Origin: the human T2T-CHM13v2.0 reference genome, Homo sapiens
DNA length: 64,000 nt
Assembly: GCF_009914755.1 (NCBI RefSeq)
Contig: NC_060939.1
Strand: one strand, 5' to 3'
The notes below the pieces were generated by a model that was given only the letters and a program-made list of their open reading frames with translations, was not told the origin of the DNA and did not search any database. Below are positions 1 through 12,469 of this stretch, piece after piece. A program made the position numbers and the translations under genes. Each line of letters opens with the position of its first letter. Position 1 is the first letter of the stretch.

Positions 1-457
1 CACATTCCATTCGAGTCCATTCCATTCGATGCCATTCCATTTGATTCTATTCCATTAGTCTCCATTCAATTCCATTAATCTCCATTCCATTCCATTCTAC
101 TCCAACTGATTCCATTCCATTCTATTCCTTTCCATTCCATTTCATTCCATTCCATTCCATTTCATTCCATTCCATTCCATTCGTGTCCATTCCACTCCAG
201 TCCATTCCATTCGTGTCCATTCCATTCCAGTCCATTCCATTTGTGTCCACTGCATTCCATTCCACTCCATTCCATATTATTCCATTACACTCCATTCCAT
301 TCTATTACTTTCATTTCCATTCAATTCCATTCCATTTGATTCCATTCCACTCGGTTTCATTCCATTTGAGTCCACTCCATTCCATTCCATTCCATTCCAT
401 TCAGTTCCATTCCATTCTGTTCCATTCCATTCCGTTCCATTACATTCCATTCCATTC

Positions 458-463
458 GGTACC
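458..463. other. KpnI site (GGTACC), one per 1.8-kb unit; diagnostic landmark
   Basis: TTCGGTACCATTCC recurs once in each of the 36 units (e.g. 458, 4031, 12981, 21911, 36211, 63147). A single EcoRV site GATATC (1762-1767 in U1) also recurs per unit. Confidence 0.93.
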
Positions 464-674
464 ATTCCATATTGTTCCATTCGATTCCATTCGAATCCAT
501 TCCATTCCAGTCCATTCCAATCGATTCCATTCCATTCATTTCAATTCCATTCCATTCCATTCCATTACATTCCACTTGATTCCTCTCCATTCCCTTCCAC
601 TGCATTCCGTTCGATTCCATTCCATTGCATTGCATTCCATTCCATTGGATTGCATTCCATTCGATTCCATTCCA

Positions 675-900
675 TTCGAATCAATTACATAGCAATCCAT
701 TACTTTCGAGTCTATTCTATTCCGTTCCATTCGATTTCGTTCCAATCCATTCGACTCCATTCCATTCGATTCCATTCCATACTATTGCATTCCATTCGAT
801 TACATTATATTCGAATAAGTTCCATTCAAGACCATTTCTTTTGAGTCCATTCTATTTGAGTCCATTCCCTTTGATTCCATAACATTTGAGTCCATTCAAT
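675..900 (+). repeat. Internal sub-repeat copy A within the unit (homologous to about 1504-1729)
   Basis: GAATCAATTACAT(A/T)GCAATCCATTAC at 678 and 1507; GACCATT(T/G)CTTTTGAGTCCATTCTAT at 830 and 1659; ACATTTG at 882 and 1711. The offset is a constant 829 bp. Confidence 0.88.
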
Positions 901-1503
901 TCCATTCCTTTCGTTTCCATTCCATTTGATGCCATTCCATTCAATTCTGTTCTACTCGACTCCAATACATTCAATTCCATTCCATCCGATTCCATTACAT
1001 TCTTTTCATTTCTTATCCATTTCAAGCCATTCCACTCCATTCCATTCCACTCGTTTCCTTTCCATTCGCGTCCATTCCTCTCCAGTCCATTCCGTTCAAT
1101 CCATTCCATTCCAGTCCATTCCATTCGAGTCCGTTCCATTCCAGTCCATTCCATTCGAGTCAATTCCATCCCATTCGATGTCTTTCCATAACGATCCATT
1201 CCATTCTATTCCTTTCGATTCCATTCCATTCTATTTCATTCCATTCGATTCCCTTCCATTGGACTCCTTTCCATTCGAGTGCATTCCATTCCGTTCCATT
1301 TCTTTCCGTTCTGTACGATTCCTACCGTTCGATTTCATTTTGTTCCAGTCCATTCCTTTCGCGTCCATTCCATTCCATTTCACTCCATTCGATTCCATTC
1401 CACTCGATTCCACTTCGTTCCATTTCATTGCATTCCATTCTATTCAACTCTATTGCCTTCCATTCCATTCCATTCGATTACATTCCATGCGATTCCATTC
1501 GAA

Positions 1504-1729
1504 ATCGAATCAATTACATTGCAATCCATTACTATTGAGTCCGTTTTATTCCAGTCCACTGCATTCTGGTCCATTCCATTTGATTCCATTCCATTCTATT
1601 CCATTCCATACAGTTGCATTCCATTGGATTCCATGCTATATCTATAAATTCAATTCGAGACCATTGCTTTTGAGTCCATTCTATATGATTCCATTCCATT
1701 CAAGTCCATTACATTTGGTTCAATTCCAT
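1504..1729 (+). repeat. Internal sub-repeat copy B within the unit
   Basis: Same three non-pentamer landmarks as 675-900, shifted by 829 bp and diverged from copy A. Confidence 0.88.
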
Positions 1730-4700
1730 TCCATTCCATTCCCTTCCATTCCATTCCATTTGATATCAATCCATTCGATTCCATTCCATTCGAGCACATT
1801 CCATTCGAGTCCATTCCATTCGATGCCATTCCATTTGATTCTATTCCATTAGTCTCCATTCAATTCCATTAATCTCCATTCCATTCCATTCTACTCCAAC
1901 TGATTCCATTCCATTCTATTCCTTTCCATTCCATTTCATTCCATTCCATTCCATTTAATTCCATTCCATTCCATTCGTGTCCATTCCACTCCAGTCCATT
2001 CCATTCGTGTCCATTCCATTTGTGTCCACTGCATTCCATTCCACTCCATTCCATATTATTCCATTACACTCCATTCCATTCTATTACTTTCATTTCCATT
2101 CAATTCCATTCCATTTGATTCCATTCTACTCGGTTTCATTCCATTTGAGTCCACTCCATTCCATTCCATTCCATTCCATTCAGTTCCATTCCATTCTGTT
2201 CCATTCCATTCCTTTCCATTACATTCCATTCCATTCGGTACCATTCCATATTGTTCCATTCGATTCCATTCGAATCCATTCCATTCCAGTCCATTCCATT
2301 CGATTCCATTCCATTCATTTCAATTCCATTCCATTCCATTCCATTACATTCCACTTGATTCCTCTCCATTCCCTTCCACTGCATTCCGTTCGATTCCATT
2401 CCATTGCATTGCATTCCATTCCATTGGATTGCATTCCATTTGATTCCATTCCATTCGAATCAATTACATAGCAATCCATTACATTCGAGTCTATTCTATT
2501 CCGTTCCATTCGATTTCGTTCCAATCCATTCGATTCCATTCCATTCGATTCCATTCCATACTATTGCATTCCATTCGATTACATTATATTCGAATAAGTT
2601 CCATTCAAGACCATTTCTTTTGAGTCCATTCTATTTGAGTCCATTCCCTTTGATTCCATAACATTTGAGTCCATTCAATTCCATTCCTTTCGTTTCCATT
2701 CCATTTGATGCCATTCCATTCAATTCTGTTCTACTCGACTCCAATACATTCAATTCCATTCCATCCGATTCCATTACATTCTTTTCATTTCTTATCCATT
2801 TCAAGCCATTCCACTCCATTCCATTCCACTCGTTTCCTTTCCATTCGAGTCCATTCCTCTCCAGTCCATTCCGTTCAATCCATTCCATTCCAGTCCATTC
2901 CATTCGAGTCCGTTCCATTCCAGTCCATTCCATTCGAGTCAATTCCATTCCATTCGATGTCTTTCCATAACGATCCATTCCATTCTATTCCTTTCGATTC
3001 CATTCCATTCTATTTCATTCCATTCGATTCCCTTCCATTGGACTCCTTTCCATTCGAGTGCATTCCATTCCTTTCCATTTCTTTCCGTTCTGTACGATTC
3101 GTACCGTTCGATTTCATTTTGTTCCAGTCCATTCCTTTCGCGTCCATTCCATTCCATTTCACTCCATTCGATTCCATTCCACTCGATTCCACTTCGTTCC
3201 ATTTCATTGCATTCCATTCTATTCAACTCTATTGCCTTCCATTCCATTCCATTCGATTACATTCCATGCGATTCCATTCGAAATCGAATCAATTACATTG
3301 CAATCCATTACTATTGAGTCCGTTTTATTCCAGTCCACTGCATTCTGGTCCATTCCATTTGATTCCCTTCCATTCTATTCCATTCCATACAGTTGCATTC
3401 CATTGGATTCCATGCTATATCTATAAATTCAATTCGAGACCATTGCTTTTGAGTCCATTCTATATGATTCCATTCCATTCAAGTCCATTACATTTGGTTC
3501 AATTCCATTCCATTCCATTCCCTTCCATTCCATTCCATTTGATATCAATCCATTCGATTCCATTCCATTCGAGCACATTCCATTCGAGTCCATTCCATTC
3601 GATGCCATTCCATTTGATTCTATTCCATTAGTCTCCATTCAATTCCATTAATCTCCATTCCATTCCATTCTACTCCAACTGATTCCATTCCATTCTATTC
3701 CTTTCCATTCCATTTCATTCCATTCCATTCCATTGCATTCCATTCCATTCCATTCGTGTCCATTCCACTCCAGTCCATTCCATTCGTGTCCATTCCATTC
3801 CAGTCCATTCCACTTGTGTCCACTGCATTCCATTCCACTCCATTCCATATTATTCCATTACACTCCATTCCATTCTATTACTTTCATTTCCATTCAATTC
3901 CATTCCATTTGATTCCATTCCACTCGGTTTCATTCCATTTGAGTCCACTCCATTCCATTCCATTCCATTCCATTCAGTTCCATTCCATTCTGTTCCACTC
4001 CATTCCGTTCCATTACATTCCATTCCATTCGGTACCATTCCATATTGTTCCATTCGATTCCATTCGAATCCATTCCATTCCAGTCCATTCCATTCGATTC
4101 CATTCCATTCATTTCAATTCCATTCCATTCCATTCCATTACATTCCACTTGATTCCTCTCCATTCCCTTCCACTGCATTCCGTTCGATTCCATTCCATTG
4201 CATTGCATTCCATTCCATTGGATTGCATTCCTTTCGATTCCATTCCATTCGAATCAATTACATAGCAATCCATTACATTCGAGTCTATTCTATTCCGTTC
4301 CATTCGATTTCGTTCCAATCCATTCGATTCCATTCCATTCGATTCCATTCCATACTATTGCATTCCATTCGATTACATTATATTCGAATAAGTTCCATTC
4401 AAGACCATTTCTTTTGAGTCCATTCTATTTGAGTCCATTCCCTTTGATTCCATAACATTTGAGTCCATTCAATTCCATTCCTTTCGTTTCCATTCCATTT
4501 GATGCCATTCCATTCAATTCTGTTCTACTCGACTCCAATACATTCAATTCCATTCCATCCGATTCCATTACATTCTTTTCATTTCTTATCCATTTCAAGC
4601 CATTCCACTCCATTCCATTCCACTCGTTTCCTTTCCATTCGAGTCCATTCCTCTCCAGTCCATTCCGTTCAATCCATTCCATTCCAGTCCATTCCATTCG

Positions 4701-7239
4701 AGTCCGTTCCATTCCAGTCCATTCCATTCGAGTCAATTCCATCCCATTCGATGTCTTTCCATAACGATCCATTCCATTCTATTCCTTTCGATTCCATTCC
4801 ATTCTATTTCATTCCATTCGATTCCCTTCCATTGGACTCCTTTCCATTCGAGTGCATTCCATTCCGTTCCATTTCTTTCCGTTCTGTACGATTCCTACCG
4901 TTCGATTTCATTTTGTTCCAGTCCATTCCTTTCGCGTCCATTCCATTCCATTTCACTCCATTCGATTCCATTCCACTCGATTCCACTTCGTTCCATTTCA
5001 TTGCATTCCATTCTATTCAACTCTATTGCCTTCCATTCCATTCCATTCGATTACATTCCATGCGATTCCATTCGAAATCGAATCAATTACATTGAAATTC
5101 ATTACTATTGAGTCCGTTTTATTCCAGTCCACTGCATTCTGGTCCATTCCATTTGATTCCATTCCATTCTATTCCATTCCATACAGTTGCATTCCATTGG
5201 ATTCCATGCTATATCTATAAATTCAATTCGAGACCATTGCTTTTGAGTCCATTCTATATGATTCCATTCCATTCAAGTCCATTACATTTGGTTCAATTCC
5301 ATTCCATTCCATTCCCTTCCATTCCATTCCATTTGATATCAATCCATTCGATTCCATTCCATTAGAGCACATTCCATTCGAGTCCATTCCATTCGATGCC
5401 ATTCCATTTGATTCTATTCCATTAGTCTCCATTCAATTCCATTAATCTCCATTCCATTCCATTCTACTCCAACTGATTCCATTCCATTCTATTCCTTTCC
5501 ATTCCATTTCATTCCATTCCATTCCATTTCATTCCATTCCATTCCATTCGTGTCCATTCCACTCCAGTCCATTCCATTCGCGTCCATTCCATTCCAGTCC
5601 ATTCCATTTGTGTCCACTGCATTCCATTCCACTCCATTCCATATTATTCCATTACACTCCATTCCATTCTATTACTTTCATTTCCATTCAATTCCATTCC
5701 ATTTGATTCCATTCCACTCGGTTTCATTCCATTTGAGTCCACTCCATTCCATTCCATTCCATTCCATTCAGTTCCATTCCATTCTGTTCCATTCCATTCC
5801 GTTCCATTACATTCCATTCCATTCGGTACCATTCCATATTGTTCCATTCGATTCCATTCGAATCCATTCCATTCCAGTCCATTCCATTCGATTCCATTCC
5901 ATTCATTTCAATTCCATTCCATTCCATTCCTTTACATTCCACTTGATTCCTCTCCATTCCCTTCCACTGCATTCCGTTCGATTCCATTCCATTGCATTGC
6001 ATTCCATTCCATTGGATTGCATTCCATTCGATTCCATTCCATTCGAATCAATTACATAGCAATCCATTACATTCGAGTCTATTCTATTCCGTTCCATTCG
6101 ATTTCGTTCCAATCCATTCGACTCCATTCCATTCGATTCCATTCCATACTATTGCATTGCATTCGATTACATTATATTCGAATAAGTTCCATTCAAGACC
6201 ATTTCTTTTGAGTCCATTCTATTTGAGTCCATTCCCTTTGATTCCATAACATTTGAGTCCATTCAATTCCATTCCTTTCGTTTCCATTCCATTTGATGCC
6301 ATTCCATTCAATTCTGTTCTACTCGACTCCAATACATTCAATTCCATTCCATCCGATTCCATTACATTCTTTTCATTTCTTATCCATTTCAAGCCATTCC
6401 ACTCCATTCCATTCCACTCGTTTCCTTTCCATTCGAGTCCATTCCTCTCCAGTCCATTCCGTTCAATCCATTCCATTCCAGTCCATTCCATTCGAGTCCA
6501 TTCCATTCCAGTCCATTCCATTCGAGTCAATTCCATCCCATTCGATGTCTTTCCATAACGATCCATTCCATTCTATTCCTTTCGATTCCATTCCATTCTA
6601 TTTCATTCCATTCGATTCCCTTCCATTGGACTCCTTTCCATTCGAGTGCATTCCATTCCGTTCCATTTCTTTCCGTTCTGTACGATTCCTACCGTTCGAT
6701 TTCATTTTGTTCCAGTCCATTCCTTTCGCGTCCATTCCATTCCATTTCACTCCATTCGATTCCATTCCACTCGATTCCACTTCGTTCCATTTCATTGCAT
6801 TCCATTCTATTCAACTCTATTGCCTTCCATTCCATTCCATTCGATTACATTCCATGCGATTCCATTCGAAATCGAATCAATTACATTGCAATCCATTACT
6901 ATTGAGTCCGTTTTATTCCAGTCCACTGCATTCTGGTCCATTCCATTTGATTCCATTCCATTCTATTCCATTCCATACAGTTGCATTCCATTGGATTCCA
7001 TGCTATATCTATAAATTCAATTCGAGACCATTGCTTTTGAGTCCATTCTATATGATTCCATTCCATTGAAGTCCATTACATTTGGTTCAGTTCCATTCCA
7101 TTCCATTCCCTTCCATTCCATTCCATTTGATATCAATCCATTCGATTCCATTCCATTCGAGCACATTCCATTCGAGTCCATTCCATTCGATGCCATTCCA
7201 TTTGATTCTATTCCATTAGTCTCCATTCAATTCCATTAA

Positions 7240-10200
7240 TCTCCTTTCCATTCCATTCTACTCCAACTGATTCCATTCCATTCTATTCCTTTCCATTCCA
7301 TTTCATTCCATTCCATTCCATTTCATTCCATTCCATTCCATTCGTGTCCATTCCACTCCAGTCCATTCCATTCATGTCCATTCCATTCCAGTCCATTCCA
7401 TTTGTGTCCACTGCATTCCATTCCACTCCATTCCATATTATTCCATTACACTCCATTCCATTCTATTACTTTCATTTCCATTCAATTCCATTCCATTTGA
7501 TTCCATTCCACTCGGTTTCATTCCATTTGAGTCCACTCCATTCCATTCCATTCCATTCCATTCAGTTCCATTCCATTCTGTTCCATTCCATTCCGTTCCA
7601 TTACATTCCATTCCATTCGGTACCATTCCATATTGTTCCATTCGATTCCATTCGAATCCATTCCATTCCAGTCCATTCCATTCGATTCCATTCCATTCAT
7701 TTCAATTCCATTCCATTCCATTCCATTACATTCCACTTGATTCCTCTCCATTCCCTTCCACTGCATTCCGTTCGATTCCATTCCATTGCATTGCATTCCA
7801 TTCCATTGGATTGCATTCCATTCGATTCCATTCCATTCGAATCAATTACATAGCAATCCATTACATTCGAGTCTATTCTATTCCGTTCCATTCGATTTCG
7901 TTCCAATCCATTCGACTCCATTCCATTCGATTCCATTCCATACTATTGCATTCCATTCGATTACATTATATTCGAATAAGTTCCATTCAAGACCATTTCT
8001 TTTGAGTCCATTCTATTTGAGTCCATTCCCTTTGATTCCATAATATTTGAGTCCATTCAATTCCATTCCTTTCGTTTCCATTCCATTTGATGCCATTCCA
8101 TTCAATTCTGTTCTACTCGACTCCAATACATTCAATTCCATTGCATCCGATTCCATTACATTCTTTTCATTTCTTATCCATTTCAAGCCATTCCACTCCA
8201 TTCCATTCCACTCGTTTCCTTTCCATTCGCGTCCATTCCTCTCCAGTCCATTCCGTTCAATCCATTCCATTCCAGTCCATTCCATTCGAGTCCGTTCCAT
8301 TCCAGTCCATTCCATTCGAGTCAATTCCATCCCATTCGATGTCTTTCCATAACGATCCATTCCATTCTATTCCTTTCGATTCCATTCCATTCTATTTCAT
8401 TCCATTCGATTCCCTTCCATTGGACTCCTTTCCATTCGAGTGCATTCCATTCCGTTCCATTTCTTTCCGTTCTGTACGATTCCTACCGTTCGATTTCATT
8501 TTGTTCCAGTCCATTCCTTTCGCGTCCATTCCATTCCATTTCACTCCATTCGATTCCATTCCACTCGATTCCACTTCGTTCCATTTCATTGCATTCCATT
8601 CTATTCAACTCTATTGCCTTCCATTCCATTCCATTCGATTACATTCCATGCGATTCCATTCGAAATCGAATCAATTACATTGCAATCCATTACTATTGAG
8701 TCCGTTTTATTCCAGTCCACTGCATTCTGGTCCATTCCATTTGATTCCATTCCATTCTATTCCATTCCATACAGTTGCATTCCATTGGATTCCATGCTAT
8801 ATCTATAAATTCAATTCGAGACCATTGCTTTTGAGTCCATTCTATATGATTCCATTCCATTCAAGTCCATTACATTTGGTTCAATTCCATTCCATTCCAT
8901 TCCCTTCCATTCCATTCCATTTGATATCAATCCATTCGATTCCATTCCATTCGAGCACATTCCATTCGAGTCCATTCCATTCGATGCCATTCCATTTGAT
9001 TCTATTCCATTAGTCTCCATTCAATTCCATTAATCTCCTTTCCATTCCATTCTACTCCAACTGATTCCATTCCATTCTATTCCTTTCCATTCCATTTCAT
9101 TCCATTCCATTCCATTTCATTCCATTCCATTCCATTCGTGTCCATTCCACTCCAGTCCATTCCATTCATGTCCATTCCATTCCAGTCCATTCCATTTGTG
9201 TCCACTGCATTCCATTCCACTCCATTCCATATTATTCCATTACACTCCATTCCATTCTATTACTTTCATTTCCATTCAATTCCATTCCATTTGATTCCAT
9301 TCCACTCGGTTTCATTCCATTTGAGTCCACTCCATTCCATTCCATTCCATTCCATTCAGTTCCATTCCATTCTGTTCCATTCCATTCCGTTCCATTACAT
9401 TCCATTCCATTCGGTACCATTCCATATTGTTCCATTCGATTCCATTCGAATCCATTCCATTCCAGTCCATTCCATTCGATTCCATTCCATTCATTTCAAT
9501 TCCATTCCATTCCATTCCATTACATTCCACTTGATTCCTCTCCATTCCCTTCCACTGCATTCCGTTCGATTCCATTCCATTGCATTGCATTCCATTCCAT
9601 TGGATTGCATTCCATTCGATTCCATTCCATTCGAATCAATTACATAGCAATCCATTACATTCGAGTCTATTCTATTCCGTTCCATTCGATTTCGTTCCAA
9701 TCCATTCGACTCCATTCCATTCGATTCCATTCCATACTATTGCATTCCATTCGATTACATTATATTCGAATAAGTTCCATTCAAGACCATTTCTTTTGAG
9801 TCCATTCTATTTGAGTCCATTCCCTTTGATTCCATAATATTTGAGTCCATTCAATTCCATTCCTTTCGTTTCCATTCCATTTGATGCCATTCCATTCAAT
9901 TCTGTTCTACTCGACTCCAATACATTCAATTCCATTCCATCCGATTCCATTACATTCTTTTCATTTCTTATCCATTTCAAGCCATTCCACTCCATTCCAT
10001 TCCACTCGTTTCCTTTCCATTCGCGTCCATTCCTCTCCAGTCCATTCCGTTCAATCCATTCCATTCCAGTCCATTCCATTCGAGTCCGTTCCATTCCAGT
10101 CCATTCCATTCGAGTCAATTCCATCCCATTCGATGTCTTTCCATAACGATCCATTCCATTCTATTCCTTTCGATTCCATTCCATTCTATTTCATTCCATT

Positions 10201-10860
10201 CGATTCCCTTCCATTGGACTCCTTTCCATTCGAGTGCATTCCATTCCGTTCCATTTCTTTCCGTTCTGTACGATTGCTACCGTTCGATTTCATTTTGTTC
10301 CAGTCCATTCCTTTCGCGTCCATTCCATTCCATTTCACTCCATTCGATTCCATTCCACTCGATTCCACTTCGTTCCATTTCATTGCATTCCATTCTATTC
10401 AACTCTATTGCCTTCCATTCCATTCCATTCGATTACATTCCATGCGATTCCATTCGAAATCGAATCAATTACATTGCAATCCATTACTATTGAGTCCGTT
10501 TTATTCCAGTCCACTGCATTCTGGTCCATTCCATTTGATTCCATTCCATTCTATTCCATTCCATACAGTTGCATTCCATTGGATTCCATGCTATATCTAT
10601 AAATTCAATTCGAGACCATTGCTTTTGAGTCCATTCTATATGATTCCATTCCATTCAAGTCCATTACATTTGGTTCAATTCCATTCCATTCCATTCCCTT
10701 CCATTCCATTCCATTTGATATCAATCCATTCGATTCCATTCCATTCGAGCACATTCCATTCGAGTCCATTCCATTCGATGCCATTCCATTTGATTCTATT
10801 CCATTAGTCTCCATTCAATTCCATTAATCTCCATTCCATTCCATTCTACTCCAACTGATT
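7240..10860 (+). repeat. Recent tandem monomer duplication (U5/U6)
   Basis: Adjacent units share rare variants at offset 1794: AATCTCCTTTCC (about 7240/9034), TTCATGTCC (about 7371/9165), TAATATTTGAG (about 8041/9835) and TTCGCGTCC at the position that usually reads TTCGAGTCC. Confidence 0.8.
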
Positions 10861-12469
10861 CCATTTCATTCTATTCCTTTCCATTCCATTTCATTCCATT
10901 CCATTCCATTCGTGTCCATTCCACTCCAGTCCATTCCATTCGTGTCCATTCCATTCCAGTCCATTCCATTTGTGTCCACTGCATTCCATTCCACTCCATT
11001 CCATATTATTCCATTACACTCCATTCCATTCTATTACTTTCATTTCCATTCAATTCCATTCCATTTGATTCCATTCCACTCGGTTTCATTCCATTTGAGT
11101 CCACTCCATTCCATTCCATTCCATTCCATTCAGTTCCATTCCATTCTGTTCCATTCCATTCCGTTCCATTACATTCCATTCCATTCGGTACCATTCCATA
11201 TTGTTCCATTCGATTCCATTCGAATCCATTCCATTCCAGTCCATTCCATTCGATTCCATTCCATTCATTTCAATTCCATTCCATTCCATTCCATTCCATT
11301 CCACTTGATTCCTCTCCATTCCCTTCCACTGCATTCCGTTCGATTCCATTCCATTGCATTGCATTCCATTCCATTGGATTGCATTCCATTCGATTCCATT
11401 CCATTCGAATCAATTACATAGCAATCCATTACATTCGAGTCTATTCTCTTCCGTTCCATTCGATTTCGTTCCAATCCATTCGATTCCATTCCATTCGATT
11501 CCATTCCATACTATTGCATTCCATTCGATTACATTATATTCGAATAAGTTCCATTCAAGACCATTTCTTTTGAGTCCATTCTATTTGAGTCCATTCCCTT
11601 TGATTCCATAACATTTGAGTCCATTCAATTCCATTCCTTTCGTTTCCATTCCATTTGATGCCATTCCATTCAATTCTGTTCTACTCGACTCCAATACATT
11701 CAATTCCATTCCATCCGATTCCATTACATTCTTTTCATTTCTTATCCATTTCAAGCCATTCCACTCCATTCCATTCCACTCGTTTCCTTTCCATTCGAGT
11801 CCATTCCTCTCCAGTCCATTCCGTTCAATCCATTCCATTCCAGTCCATTCCATTCGAGTCCGTTCCATTCCAGTCCATTCCATTCGAGTCAATTCCATCC
11901 CATTCGATGTCTTTCCATAACGATCCATTCCATTCTATTCCTTTCGATTCCATTCCATTCTATTTCATTCCATTCGATTCCCTTCCATTGGACTCCTTTA
12001 AATTCGAGTGCATTCCATTCCGTTCCATTTCTTTCCGTTCTGTACGATTCCTACCGTTCGATTTCATTTTGTTCCAGTCCATTCCTTTCGCGTCCATTCC
12101 ATTCCATTTCACTCCATTCGATTCCATTCCACTCGATTCCACTTCGTTCCATTTCATTGCATTCCATTCTATTCAACTCTATTGCCTTCCATTCCATTCC
12201 ATTCGATTACATTCCATGCGATTCCATTCGAAATCGAATCAATTACATTGCAATCCATTACTATTGAGTCCGTTTTATTCCAGTCCACTGCATTCTGGTC
12301 CATTCCATTTGATTCCATTCCATTCTATTCCATTCCATACAGTTGCATTCCATTGGATTCCATGCTATATCTATAAATTCAATTCGAGACCATTGCTTTT
12401 GAGTCCATTCTATATGATTCCATTCCATTCAAGTCCATTACATTTGGTTCAATTCCATTCCATTCCATT

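Larger units (their letters stand above)
183..1976 (+). repeat. Representative 1,794-bp higher-order repeat unit (U1)
   Basis: Anchor starts: 183, 1977, 3756, 5550, 7344, 9138, 10912, 12706, 14480, 16274, 18048, 19842, 21636, 23410, 25208, 27002, 28776, 30570, 32379, 34162, 35936, 37745, 39554, 41348, 43136, 44940, 46733, 48537, 50331, 52125, 53919, 55693, 57486, 59295, 61078, 62872. Modal spacing is 1794; variants are 1774, 1779, 1783, 1788, 1793, 1798, 1804 and 1809. Confidence 0.97.

Noticed and set aside
852-1199. Minus-strand MEWNG-repeat ORFs (e.g. 115 aa MDRYGKTS...)
   Set aside because: These are translations of (GAATG)n, which supplies ATGs and lacks stops. Their conservation simply mirrors array homogeneity.
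1495-1515. Possible heat-shock element at TTCGAAATCGAATC
   Set aside because: The spacing does not give three alternating nGAAn units. The array's TTC motifs are head-to-tail, so I cannot call a canonical HSE.
926-1852. 308-aa and other + strand ORFs (HSIPF-repeat peptides) repeated in each unit
   Set aside because: (CATTC)3 translates to HSIPF in every frame and has no stop codon, so long ORFs are expected. Most start at non-ATG codons, show no domain-like content, and are freely broken by stops and frameshifts among copies.
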